Notes: generated by a model from the sequence alone, not told the origin. A stretch of DNA of 61,368 nt, filler included, from Sluysia triapertura (GCA_046118255.1; 5 parts of 5 records of this genome joined end to end with filler, not necessarily neighbours in it), one strand, 5' to 3'. Shown: positions 1 through 13,399, numbered from the whole stretch's first letter. Numbers and translations: made by a program.

Positions 1-157
1 ACTTGATGAGAAAATTTACAACGTGGCTTGCTTACGGTAAATAGTAATATGTCACACAACTTAGCTCACTCAGATGTTTATTTGATTGCCGACGTATATG
101 CAGTTGTCGCCGTAGTTTGTGCAAAATGTATGTGGTACGACTTGAGCAACCTTACCC
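1..157 (-). mobile_element. Left end (TIR plus subterminal region) of a pogo/Tigger-like DNA transposon, truncated by the window edge
   Basis: 1-157 is a diverged reverse complement of 14754-14910. It ends in TIR GACTTGAGCAACCTTACCC followed by TA (158-159). Confidence 0.85.
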
Positions 158-1066
158 TAATAATAACTTTAATTTATTTTATAACAATGCTTAATAAAAT
201 TATTGTTAAGATAAATCAAAAATGATTATTTAAAAGATTTATTCAAATTCTTCTTTGTCATTATACATATATAAATTCTGCGTTAGTTTAGATAAACACT
301 GGATAACCTTTAACTTTAAAAGTTCAAACCCCTAACTGATACTGCAGTAACAGTAACTTTACATTTGATGAAATTTAAAAGATTCTACGTCTCGCTTCAT
401 ATCCTTATCCATTATGTATAATAAAATATAATTTCAAAACTATTTAAATTTAAAACAGTATTGGTATTTTTAAGACAAACTTTTAAAAAATATATCGTAA
501 TATAGTTTCAATCACATAATAACTTAATGCAACTAAATTGGTGTTGGAAAAGAAAAAGAACGAAATATAATCTTATGTTTAACTTTAAATTTCACAATTA
601 CTATTACAGTAAATAAGAGGTGTAATATATCAATTTATTCAAAAAAAATTTATACACAAAATGAATAAAAAATATAATTCATAGTTGAATTAAAATTTTA
701 GCACTCTCAAACAAATTAAATCTTGTCAAACTTTAGTGTCATTCCAAATGAATTTGTTAATTCATAATTCGACTTCATAAACATTAAAATTCGTCAAATG
801 ACCGTTACGCTTTGATGTGTCTAGCATCGTTTTTCTCCATAAAATCCTCCATTTTAGTTCTCATGTTTACTCAAATAAGATTTAACTTTCAGATCTTCAT
901 AAAACAATTCTTAAGAAAGCAGTCTTTCATTTGCATGTTTAAGAATTTGTCTCTTCAATACAAATCGTTTATTACCACTTCTACCGCAAATATGAAAATT
1001 CCATAAAAATCTGAATTTAAAAGGTCATATAATTTTTAAATATGGCAAAAACAATGCATCACGGAA

Positions 1067-1086
1067 GTTCTAGAATGTTCTAGAAA
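1067..1086. promoter_or_regulatory. Heat-shock element (4 alternating nGAAn pentamers)
   Basis: gTTCtaGAAtgTTCtaGAAa matches the HSF consensus. The same core occurs at 12585-12609. Confidence 0.55.
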
Positions 1087-1472
1087 TTAGACTCATTTTT
1101 GTATGCAGTACAAAACAAATAATTATCACAAGAACAATACTAGTATCAGTTATATTACTAATAATAATATTAATAGAAATAATAATAGTAAAAACGATGA
1201 TGATACCTTAATGATAAATTTATTATCAAATAGAAATATATTTAAGACTAAATTAACGAAACCTAAAGTGGTTAATTAATTTTTTCGTTCTATTTAACAA
1301 TGATATTTATTTTGTCTATAGTTTTTTCTCTTATATGCTCAAATTTCTCTATAGTAAATTTCACTTTATATATTATGGTCTTATAATGATTATAAATTAT
1401 AAAATTTTAAAAAATTGTATAAAAACAAATCGATAAAATATAGTTATTGGTAATGAAATAATAGAAAGTTAA

Positions 1473-2180
1473 ATGCTACATTCCTTTTGGTTTAATAGTA
1501 AAGAACCCCTCATCACTTTGTCATTATTTGGTGTAACTTTAGTAATATGCTTTGGTTCTTCTATGAATTTAGGATATAATTTGGCGGTATTAAACAATTT
1601 AGATGGAAGAGTAAAATGCTTACATAAAACATATTGCGACATTGATGCAAATATCACAAAGACAATGGAAATGAAAGCCACATCTCTCTATGCTAGTATA
1701 ACAGCAGCATTTACTATATTTGGAACAATAAGTGTTTTTTCATGTGGTATTACGAGAGATTATTTTGGACGAAAAAAGAGTTTAATAATCAGTAATTTTA
1801 TTGGAGTTACTGATGGATCATTCGCAGTTTTAAGCTTTGTAAAAATGAATGTAATGTTTTCGTACATAAGTCGTGCTATGTTATGTATGAATGCTGGATT
1901 AACAAGTGTTATAGTACCAATATTTTTAGCAGAAATTTCTCCAACGTTAATTCGTGGTACAATTACAGCATGTCATCAATTATTAATTATATTTGGTATT
2001 TTTCTTGCATATATCTTAACAGCAAATAGTCCAAAAATATGGCCCATTGTTGTAACACTTCCAACAATACAATCGTTAATATCGTCTATTTTATTGTTCT
2101 TTATTGTCGTCGTAATTTGTCTTGTCTATTTAACATGTTATTTTCCGGAAACTAAAAAATGTGAATTTTATGACATCGTT
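1473..2180 (+). pseudogene. Intronless facilitated glucose transporter (GLUT/SGTP-like, MFS) copy with an in-frame deletion of about TM7-TM11
   Basis: Motifs CFGSSMNLGYNLAVLN, DYFGRKKS and PIFLAEISPTLIRGTITACHQLLIIFGI. TM6 (WPIVVTLPTI..ILLFF) runs straight into TM12 plus PETK (2145-2156). The ORF reads on to 2567 through unrelated low-complexity sequence. Confidence 0.85.
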
Positions 2181-4639
2181 ATAACCATCGCTGATGATTC
2201 TTACGATGGGAGTCTGTACGATGAAGAAAAAGGAGAAAGGGAAGAAGCTATAGACTTTGTTGTTCGAAGTATGCAATTTATGTTAAATGTTGATAACTTT
2301 GTTTGTTTGTTGTTTATTTTACTCTTATTTGAAAAACTATCTCTAATATACCTTATATTAAATGTTATTATATTAATAAACCTTGTAGTTTATTTTAATA
2401 TCTTAATTAAGTGTTTATCGTTAATCATTTCGGGCCTTAAGCCCTTTTTATTAAATTTAAAATTAAAGTTGATTTCTTGTTTTATTCTGATTAAAGTTAT
2501 TTGTTTAAATCTAAATAATCAAAAAATAAAAAATAAAATTGAAAAATTATTGCCCTCCACACTTTAATTAGATATTAATATACAAATAAAAATGTTCAAT
2601 TAAGAGATAAATCTCCCATTTTTTGAAGATAACTCTTAGACAACTATTGCGTTTAATCATACACATTTTCTTGACAAGCGTATCTAGCCAAATTGTATAG
2701 TCATAATTTAATAAAATATCTGAACATATAATAAAAGTTAATTTTCATAGTAATCAATCTAAATCATACATAATAGATCATTTTGGATCTTATATAAAAC
2801 ATATAATCTCGTTGAAATTAGCGGACATTCAATCAAAAAATTAACTTTGATCTCCCTAAAAGCTTCCAATACTCTTTTACACTGACATCTATGTATCGGC
2901 CCTTCAGTGTACAGGCCCTCTATCATAGAGGATTCACATAAACACATGAAGAAACATTATAAATTAAATATTTAAAAGTTTTTCAAATTTTCACATAAAA
3001 TAAACTAACAATTTATTAAAATTAACAATATATTTCTTTGATAAATTCGTCTCAAATAAACTGTTAAGAATCAAATTATTGAAAATCGAATTCAAATTGG
3101 TAAATCAAGATATTAGAAAAATCAAATTTAAAAATCAAAATCTAATGATTCAAATGTTATGTGATGTCTAACAATGAATAATGTAATGAATATTTTTATG
3201 TATTATGTAATTTTAATTAATTATATGATTTTAATTATTAAAATGTTTTAATTATTAAATTATCATAATTGTCAAATTTTATTTTGGTTTTTAAAATTAT
3301 TACTATAATTTTTGGAATTATTATTTATTACTTTTGAAATTTTTATTAATATTTTCTTTTAATCAATTTAAAGATCGAATTTAAAAATAGTAATAATCGA
3401 ATTTAAAAAGAATTATTTGTCAAGTTTTTAGTGGATGAAAGTTGATATAAATAGTGCAATAATAAAATTTTAATAATATAAAGAAAATTTTTAAAAATCT
3501 TATTGGACTATTTGTTCGATTAATTATTTCAAGATAGAAGATTAACTATTTCACAAGAAGACTAATTTACTGTTTAAACATTTTGATCTTTGGTTAATTA
3601 AGAAAGTGAAGACCACAATATTGAGCTACTGAAAACAAAATTTTTACATTTTTAAAACATCGTTAGTTTTTATTAGATTAATTTTTGAACAATTTAAATA
3701 AATTAAATAATAACATCAATAGTAAAATTTATTTACAACTTAATTTAAAAACGAATATTAATTAGAATATTAATTCTTAATAATTGATTCTTATTTCTGC
3801 ATATTTTTGTACACTTGTAATAAATATCGAATTATATTATTGTAAAAATTCTTTTCGATCAATTGACAGTTTATATATAATTATATTGAAATTTTGAATT
3901 GTTTAAACGCATATACACTCGTTTTTGATGTTTACATTTAACATAAAATTCCATAAAAACTTATTAAATACGATATAAAAAGATCTACTAAGCATAAAAC
4001 TGACCTCCGAATTTTTTCATGGTCTTTTAGTAAGTCCAGTATCATAGAGAACTCATTTTATAATATACAAAAACTTTATAAAATAATAAAGTAATTTTAA
4101 TATAAACAATCTAAAGAAGTTTTACATTTAACAACTAGATAGAGATTGTGTCACATATAATAATCAAGTTTTATTAACTAAGAAATTTTTACAATAATGT
4201 CTAAATTGTAATAGCTTATTTATATCAGTTTTCTCAAATAAGGTCATTTGACATGAATGCTAAACTACTTTATTTGTGACTAATTTGTATTAATAATGAA
4301 ATGATGTAAATGATGATTATAATAGTATTAATAAATAATAATACACTAGATTTAATAATAATAATAATAACACTTTTAAATAAATATTTTTAATAAAATA
4401 ATACTTTTATAATAATATTGTAATAAATGACTAACTACTTGATATGCATCAATGTGATTACCATCAATATGTTTATTAACAATAGTAGATGTGTGTTACA
4501 ACTATTTTTATTTAATATTTTAATTATTGATTTATACTAATTCTGTATTCAATTACTGATTAATTTATTTGAATTACCTTTGGATTTTTTAATTTTAATT
4601 TTTGGAATTAATTAAAATTTATTTGGAATCAAATAACAA

Positions 4640-5480
4640 TAAGAAACTAACGTAAGTATTTCTAATGTTTCTATATATTATTAATTAAAAATATTTTCAA
4701 TAAAATTTGTTTTAATTATTAAAAATAAATATTATTTGGTCAAGGTTAACTAAACAAGTATATAAGCATTGCAAAAAATGCACAAAAGCCATAATCACAA
4801 TTTTAATACAATCAATTTTTTAAAGTATTTTTATTGGCGCAACTTATTTGGACAAAACTGTTGAGATACAATTGTCTTTTTACAATCACAAAAAGGATTT
4901 TTTGGCCAGAATCTTATCATTTATATAAAATAATTACGTTAGTTTGTTTCGTTAAGTTTAGTTACAGTAAGTATCAACGTAAAATCAAGGCAAATTATAT
5001 TTTTGTAATATTTTTTAGAAACTTATAATAGTTTCATTGTAAAATATATTTTAAAATATTGTTTAAGAATTAACTAAAAGTTAATTATCGTACTATACCT
5101 ATTGATATTTATATGTTTTTGTATCATGCTAAGTTATTCATTTGTAATTTCCGAATATATAAATTATTTGAGAATTTCTTGTTATTAACGATTAACTTCC
5201 ATAGTTTTAATTTTATAAATCATTACTATAGAATATAAATCTGAAACCGCAAAATCATTTGTTTTAAATCCTTTTCAGAGGATTATTGTAAACTATTGAA
5301 ACAAAATAAATTAAATACCTCCAGACCTTAATTTTAGCCAGCGAGCATTTTACAATTAAGCAAGCACTAAGGTATCTTTCTTAGTCTAATAAAATCTTTT
5401 CAATTGAAAGAAAAACCCAACGGCTAGCCCTAACTGGTAAGCCTAGTACGTTGGTGAACTCACGTATAAGCTTTACTTTA
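4640..5480 (-). other. Conserved structured non-coding element, copy A (homologous to 36388-37155 and 50130-50380)
   Basis: Shared blocks: AACGTA(T)CTAGnCTTACCnnTTAGGGCTAGCCGTT and AAGATTCTGG (with copy B), TCCAA..CCAA and ACCTTGA (all three). 17/18-bp inverted repeat at 4644-4661/4928-4945. Confidence 0.6.
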
Positions 5481-5879
5481 TTCTATAAGCCTTAAACAAA
5501 AAATTTTACAATATTAACAATATTATTAATAAATATTGATTAAAATATTGAATAACAACTATTTTTCTTAACTTTCCTAAAATATATACACACAATACAT
5601 TAACTACATTTTTGTAATACATAATACATTATTATAATTAGCATTACTAAAGCAAAACCGATATTAATCAATCAAAAAAATCAATGTTTACATCATTAAC
5701 CCAATATTTTTTGCGACCGTGAACGTGCTAATGCAATTAAAGACTATTATAACATCTAAAATTTTTATCTTTACTCTTTATTTATAAATCAATAATTGTG
5801 TAATTTTTATTAGATTTTGTGTAATAAAGTTTTTTGAATTTATTATTCATAATAAGTTTCGAGATTAAAGATGAAGCAT

Positions 5880-6442
5880 TTACTGATAATTATTAATTTA
5901 TAAGTTACAGGAACGTCCACTATATATTGTAAGTCGTTTGATGTAACCGTACCCTGCTCACAAATATTCTGGCGTAGGTTAAGTGTTAGAAAAACCACAA
6001 CACAAATAGAAGTGATAATAAAAAAATAAATCAATAAATAAAACTGAAGAACTTGATAATATACAAACAAAATAAATAAAAATAGTTTCTGAAAAATGTT
6101 TCACATATATTATAAATGTTTAATTAAAGATTTTCTCATTTATGATCGTGTAAAACATAATTCTATAGAATGCTACTTAAAGCTTTGTTATCTATAGATT
6201 AATGATGCATGCATATCACCCACCCAAACTTTCTATGTAACGTGCGATTGGTAAAATATAAAGATATTTCAATTAAGTGTATCTTGTTATTTTTAATTTC
6301 AACTGGTAGCAAGTGAAACAATGAATGTGTTTATGTTAATACAACAAACATTTATTATATCCAATTAATAAAATGTGTTCTTGCAAAATAAAATTCAAGT
6401 CCAATGTACTTAAATCAAATCATGACAATATTACTTACTACA
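5880..6442 (+). mobile_element. 3' part of a putative LTR (family also at about 12585-13250, 43534-45018 and 58378-59400)
   Basis: Shared motif ACCCTGCTCAnAAATATT at 5951-5968, followed about 490 nt later by terminal ...TTACTACA (6442). Spacing is the same in the 43.5-kb and 58.4-kb copies. Confidence 0.45.
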
Positions 6443-6568
6443 CCCCCATACCTTTACAATCAATTACAATTACACACACACGCATGCAAACACACACAAT
6501 AGATTAATTTTACTATTTCAAGGATTTATATTTAATTAAACATACTCCTCAACTCGAATATAACTTAC

Positions 6569-6850
6569 CAATATTGTTACTAATTGGTGTTGTTCCTGTA
6601 AACTCGATAGTAGGTTGTATGTTATTGGTTGTTTGATATAAATGAATAATCAACTGAAGATGACTCATTCGAAGTTCATGTTCCATACAATTACTGCTAC
6701 TATTTTTATTACCAATGTGTGATTTATTTGAAAAACTCAAATTGGCACGTGTTGTCAATATAACGTCTAATAAATGACTTGCTTCACCCAAAGTCGACAC
6801 ATTTATTTCAGTCGGTCCTTTTGCTTGAATACAACTATTATCTGTTGATT
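6569..6850 (-). CDS. KIF26: Kinesin motor-domain exon, KIF26/kinesin-11-like (switch I region)
   Basis: AG acceptor at 6851-6852 and GTAAGT donor below 6569. EINVSTLGEASHLLDVILTTRA...RMSHLQLIIHLYQ resembles KIF26 AAFFLDAAIASR...RNSHVFFTLHIYQ. Splices in frame to exon 10308-10502. Confidence 0.75.
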
Positions 6851-8483
6851 CTAAATTTAGAAATAAAAATAATAATAGTCGTAATAATAATTATAATTAT
6901 AGCAGTAATGGAAATGATAATACTGCCCCAATTTTACAAATTTACTATTAATGTAGTGTAATTTGATGATGATGATAATAATAATAATAATATATTATAT
7001 AGCTCATTACATTTAATAATCTCTACTGCCATAATAAATATATTCTGGAAAAATAGTATGTTAGGGTATCTTTGATTTATTTATTTGGTCAAGTCGTCGG
7101 ACAAAATTTTGAAATTCAAGTTTGTCTTTATTCGTGAATATTTAACACTAAACATGCCACGACCGTTTCTAGTTTTAGTTTAACAAAATACTATGGAATT
7201 GTATTGCTTTTTTACCATATTATATATGTGCAAACAAATTATGTTAAGATTAAAGATGTACATGAATAAGAAAATTAATAAAATTTTTAATTAAAATTAA
7301 TTAAACAAAATAACAAATAATGGATCTTTATTAAAACAAATGGACTATTATTTTATCAATTAATAATGAATAATGGATTTTTAAAAAGAGTAATAATTGT
7401 TAACCAATTGTTTTGCATTCAGACAAGGTAAATATTCAAACAAAAATAGAGAAAAAATCAGTTAAAAAAGAAAGATTTTTGTGGAAAAGATTATTTCATC
7501 AAGTGGTCGTCCATCAATAAAAAGTATTGACAATAAAATCAAAACTGTAATTCGTTTTTGATAAGTTTCTTATATTCAAGTAGTAAGTTAATTTGTATTA
7601 GAAATACCTCTACTTACGTAAATTCTCATCTTTAAGTTGATTCTTAAAACCAATTATAAAATTCTTTTTTTGAAATTGATTAATTAGTAAAAAAATAAAG
7701 CTTTAAAACTTTATTTATTTTTGTTATTAATTATTAACATTACTAGAATTGTAAACTTTGTGCATCATATTTACATTTTATATCGGAATATTTTAATAAA
7801 TTATAAAAATTAAAAATAATAAAAATTTGTACTTTATCGTTTGCGTATTAAATGAGGAATTTCGTTAATTAAGAATTAATAGACCCTTACATAAGGAGAC
7901 TATAAATAGACGGACCCAATTGAAATTGAAATTAAATTTATTTTGCAAGAAAAACCTCAGTAATTATTTTATAATATATTATGAATAGGTATGCATCAAT
8001 CCTTGGTACTTTTAGTGCTAAATTAATAAAACTAAGTCTTAAGAGATCAAATTATTTATAATTCTATTTATCCTTCTTATAAGAACAGAAAGAAGCCATC
8101 GTTTAATCAATTAATAAGACATAATCTGTCCAATAAAATTCATCATCATATTTTTTATATATAATCTTATCAATTTTTTATTATCAATAATAATTATAAA
8201 ATAGTAATAATTATTATATTTTGAAGCACAAATTATAATAATTACTGATAAAACAGCAATATTAATAATAAAACACGGAATTTTAATTATCATCTTATAA
8301 ATTCATACCTAGGTTTATATGAGTATTATTTAATTATATATACAGTATAATGAAAAATGTGATATAACGTTACAATATATTTCTCATTAATTCCCAGGAT
8401 AAAATAAATAGCAGAAATATAGATAGAGAATAAAGCGTTATATATTTACTTCATTTAAGTGAAATTAATTTGAATTAATAATG

Positions 8484-8527
<44 letters not shown>

Positions 8528-10307
8528 TTTATCAAATAATTTTATATTTCCAGTTGTGATACTGTATAAATTTATTATGTCAATACACAAATACCAAACA
8601 TGTCACAATTCTCTTACCCTCATTTTCTATATATTGTCACACAATTCATACATCAACTTACACCAATCCTATAACATTCATTCAGAATCAGGTTCAGCAT
8701 TCATTTCACAAATTTTACAATCCTTATTACAACTACAGAAACCGCAGTAGTAAAACTTTTGATCATATATCCTATTTCATCATTAAAAGAACAACATCAA
8801 TGTATCATTCTGTAACATGCAAATGCAAGCACAACCATATCTTTAACATCCTTAACAATTTACCCTTTCCACCAACACTCCAAATCAATCATTATAATAA
8901 CAATCACAATATTAACGATAGTTACATACATTTATTATTAATTATATCATCAGTCGTAACTTAGCTCAATCTAGTAAAGACTTACATAATTATATTATTA
9001 AAAATCTTTTGATTGCATTAAAGAAAATTAGTTATATATTAATACTAAAATTAAACACATCATTTTAGATCATAAATAAAATTTGAACATTAATCTATAA
9101 AACAAAAAGCCAATTATTATTTACCTTCAATTTTCCATATTTATTTCTTTAGATGCTGACATCTTTGCGCTGGCCCAGTGTCATAGAGGACTCATGTAAG
9201 GTATACTAATATAAGAAAGCAAAATTTTCACAACTGGATTGCTAAGAGTTTAGTATAAAGAATGCCATGGTCATAGTTATTATTATGACGATATTAGTGC
9301 AAGTACTTGTCAAGCCATAACCAAATGGAAAAAGATCTAAATCCAACATTATCACTGAGCAATTGTTAGAAAGTGTTTCAACAAATCCGATTTCGTGATA
9401 CAAAAACATTTACTAAGTTGTTAAACTAAAATTAAATTAACTCCGCATTTTACTAGCCCTAATATTAATTACGTGTTGTTTATCTTTGTTGTAAGTTATT
9501 TGTTGGGTAGATCTTTCCCAATCTGATTCAAGTTATAAAATTATGCACTTCTTGGTTGTTGTAAAGATAACACCAAGTACAATGAGATATAGAAATGTAA
9601 TGCAACAAAGACCGCATGAGTTTTTTTGTTAGGCATTGGGATTGAGACAAAGTAGAGTTCTTTACAGAGGCAAAATGAGACACAAAGCAAGCATTCAAAT
9701 TACCGCAGACATAAGAACTATAAATCATCTTGGAAAGTATTTTAATCATATGATACCAAGCTTTATTCGTATTGAGTTATAAAGTAAAATTTCAAAATTG
9801 TAAAAACCGTTCTGTAAAATTCATGTTGCATCGTAACGATTTACCAACCTATTGAACGAATGTATCACTATACCTGTCTAGGTACCTTGCACATACACAC
9901 ACACACACACAATATTACAAATTAGATATCGATTATTGACCAAATAATAAAAGTTAATATAAGAATAAATTAAGAAAAACACCAAATTAATTTAACAAAT
10001 TCAATAATTTTTAAACAGTCTCATAATTTAATACTTACGTTTTGGTTATAATTAATTCTAATAGTAAAAGTTGAGTAAGATATACAGTAAGAAATTGACT
10101 TATTAACTTAAATTTAAAATAAAACAAAAAGGTACGATTTGCTAGTTCTGTGCATAAAGTTATTATTTTAGTTAATATCTAAATAAGATCTAAATCATTT
10201 GTGTTAGCAATAATCTAATTTGTTTTAGAAAGATTACATTAAAGAAACATGCATAACTCTAACTTCTAGTCAAAATAAAATTAATTAAAAATAAATTTTA
10301 AATCTAC

Positions 10308-10502
10308 TTCTTAAATCCTGTAAAATATCAACAATAAGACCCGTTCGATTAACCACAACAGCTGATATAGTGATTCTGGATGAGTGTGTCGATTGTTGTT
10401 GATTTCTTAGTTCTAATAATCGATAAACAAGTGCTATAGCATGTGGAATGACGCCAAGTTCGTTGAAATCTTTATCACTGCCCACCATTGTTTTCGTCTT
10501 TC
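10308..10502 (-). CDS. KIF26: Kinesin motor-domain exon, KIF26/kinesin-11-like (P-loop end)
   Basis: CAG acceptor and GTAG donor. GKTKTMVGSDKDFNELGVIPHAIALVYRLLE..SRITISAVVV..IVDILQD resembles KIF26 GKSYTMIG...LGIIPCAISWLFKLI..SVRVSAVEV..LRDLL. Confidence 0.8.
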
Positions 10503-11873
10503 CTGCATGATTACATGAAACATTTAATTACTTTTGAAAAAGCGAGATAAAATAAAATAATATAATTATTAATGTATAAACACATAAAACAATTGTATAG
10601 ATACAATCGTCGTTTATTCTTGTTTTTGGATATTAATTTTTTGCACTATGTTTTGTCTTTGTTTGTTGAAACTGAAATCATATAAAGGTCGATATCATGT
10701 TACTATTAATCATTAAATTGAAAACAAGTAATCAATTACAAAGTTTATACTAAATAATGACAAAAAATACACTACATTGAATTAAATGACAATAAAATAC
10801 GATTTATTTGTTATCTGGTTTAAAGTAATACTTATCAAGTATTACAATAGTCATACAGTATGATCGTGTATTAATCCTTATTACTCCAATCGACAGTTCG
10901 CGTTATACATATACAGCGTCTTTTTTAATCACTTCAAATTTAATAAAATTTGTTAAGGATTAACTGAAAAAATAACATGATGATCACGGTGAAGTTTGTC
11001 ATGTAAACTTAAAAGGGTATTACATTCTTATCCACAGAACAGCACTCTTACTGTCTTGGGTGCAAGCTTGTAATATTGTTTAGTACACTAGTCAACAACA
11101 CATCAATCAATTAAACAAGAGACATTCTTTTAAATTTATCTTATTGTTATGTTAGTGTGCCGCGACAAGAAAAAGGTTGACAACCTAAAGCAATAAAATA
11201 TTACAAAAATTAAAATGGAAATAAAATGAAGTCAACTTATAATTTGATAACATATTATAAAACCTTGAAATAATCTGAAAAAACATTAGCGAAGAATAAG
11301 TGGCACATGATGTTGAAAAATTGACAAATTTGAAAATACTAATTCGATTAATAAATATGTGGAATGGTTGACATGGATGTGGAAGTGTGCGTGGTGAAAA
11401 AGACTTAAGGGCCTTAAAAAAAGATTAATTTCCTAAGATTGAAAATAAGACCAGAACAATAGAGGTTGGTAAATGATAAAAGATTTATTTACAGACAACA
11501 GAGGCAACTAAAATAATTTAATTAATGAATAAAGTTAGAAATAAATCTTAAATATTGTTTCAAAGGACTGCAACCGGAACATAATTGAAAAATAAATAAT
11601 TATTTATAGTGTTTCAGTATTTGAACTACGTGAATAAAAATCACTAACACGAAAATTATCTTAAAAATTATTAAATAATGTAAATACATTCTTCAGAAAC
11701 TTAGTACCGATTATTTATTTGTCACCCTTAAAATTGATAAAACTTGATAAAGTGTAATTGTTGAGTAAATTTTAGGATAAATTAGTATTCATATCCAATT
11801 TTAACAATGCACTCAATGAAAATGTAATTAATATCAGATAATAGTTCTTTATGAGATTTATTATCTTCTGATT

Positions 11874-11973
11874 NNNNNNNNNNNNNNNNNNNNNNNNNNN
11901 NNNNNNNNNNNNNNNNNTTAATTAATTAANNNNNNNNNNNNNNNNNNNNNNNNNNNNNNNNNNNNNNNNNNNN
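11874..11973. other. Artificial contig linker (N44-TTAATTAATTAA-N44)
   Basis: Identical 100-nt spacer with stops in all six frames, present four times in the window. Confidence 0.97.
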
Positions 11974-12584
11974 TTAATTAATTTTTTTATATTAAGTCAT
12001 AAGAGAATAAATAGGCTGATATTGAATAGAATGTTACTGTGAATCTATGATTTCTGCACATTATAATAATTTTGAATATTTTGACGGCATTTTAAAATAT
12101 ATTATTATTTTTAAATTAAACCGTAGAATCTTATGAAAATCAAAATAAAAACAATATAAATTTAGTTACTGGATAGTATAACATATTGATGGATGAAGGA
12201 AATTCGTACAATAACGTATCATAAATTAGAATGGCATGAATATCTATTGATATCACTTTTTTATTAAATATTTACAAAAAATATGCAGGAATTTGGATAT
12301 ATATTTTTTTCACTATGTACATCGAGGAATGAGTAAACGAATCCTTCGTCTTTCAAAAAAAGTTAATATACTTCAATTCAAAATGATTAAAACAATCTTT
12401 TTAACTTACGGTTAATTTATGAATTTAAAATTAATAGTAAAAATGTATCATCATTAATATAATTTTCATAATTATTATTATTAGGCTGTCATCACAACCC
12501 ATTAAAATCACAAAAATACATTAAAATTATTTAAAAATCATTTAACATTCTTTAGAAATCTTTGAAATCACTTTAAAAATAAAG

Positions 12585-12673
12585 CTTCTAGAATGTTCTA
12601 GAACATTCCATCGATTTTCATTGGCTGATGACTAGTATATAGCTAGCATCAGTATAATGAAAATCGCCATTTT
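12585..12673 (+). promoter_or_regulatory. Compact Pol II promoter: 5-pentamer HSE, reverse CCAAT, TATA, YY1/Inr-like motif; probably an LTR promoter
   Basis: TTCtaGAAtgTTCtaGAAcaTTC (12586-12608), ATTGG (12620), TATATA (12636), and CGCCATTTT (12665, 29 nt after TATA). The LTR-family motif follows at 13146-13164. Confidence 0.6.
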
Positions 12674-13399
12674 GGATTTTGTACTGTTTTGCAATTCAAC
12701 TAGTGGACAATCTTCGAATTATATACAAAATTCCATGTTTAAATTAATTTATTTTTATTAAGTAGATATTGATTGTGTAAAAAAATTAATATCATAACAT
12801 CCACCTAATATCAAAATCTCTTTAATAAAGTGTAGGTTTTCCGATATATTGAGGGTCAAAATACAGGATAAACTATCATTTATTTATCAAATACTAATTA
12901 TTAGCTTTAACTTTAATTTTATTAAACTTGATCTTCATCTTAACTTTGTCATTTTCCTGATCTTGTAATCAATTTATATTAATTAATTTTTTGTAATAAG
13001 AATTTTTGGATTCACATTTTGGTTTCATTTGTTGTATAATAATTTGAGCCCTTATTTACTATCGTTAAAATTGTTAAATAGAGTTATTACCTTGTAGGTA
13101 ATTTTTAACTTATTAGTTACAGACATAAGATGTTTACTGTAACTGGACCCTGCTCAAAAATATTAAGTTAAGTGTCATTATTAAGGATCTTCAATATTTC
13201 TGATAAACATTCAATACTATCTCTGAATAATTTATTGTCTTTTGATAGGAAGAATTATTATCCTGCTTTTTAGACAACGCTCTTATATTTGAATATCATC
13301 CTTTCAATAACTGATACATTTATCTGAGCAAATGATAGTCTGATAGCACCATGCCAAGACTACATGGTGAGTGTATGAATTCCAATACAAACCTGTCAA

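Noticed and set aside
2181-2567. Hydrophobic C-terminal extension of the GLUT ORF as real TM helices
   Set aside because: It lies after the terminal PETK motif and has the Leu/Ile/Phe/Lys composition expected from T-rich non-coding DNA.
2679-2694. Possible LTR end plus PBS on the minus strand (..TACA-ATT-TGGCTAGATACG)
   Set aside because: I cannot match it to a tRNA 3' end, and the family motif at 5951 suggests the opposite orientation. Left unassigned.
8481-8750. Poly-Ile/poly-Tyr ORFs (also 40729-41052 tail and 40810-41145)
   Set aside because: These are translations of (TAA)n microsatellites.
11918-11929. Palindrome TTAATTAATTAA recurring about every 12-13 kb
   Set aside because: Always centred in N44 flanks, so it is an assembly linker.
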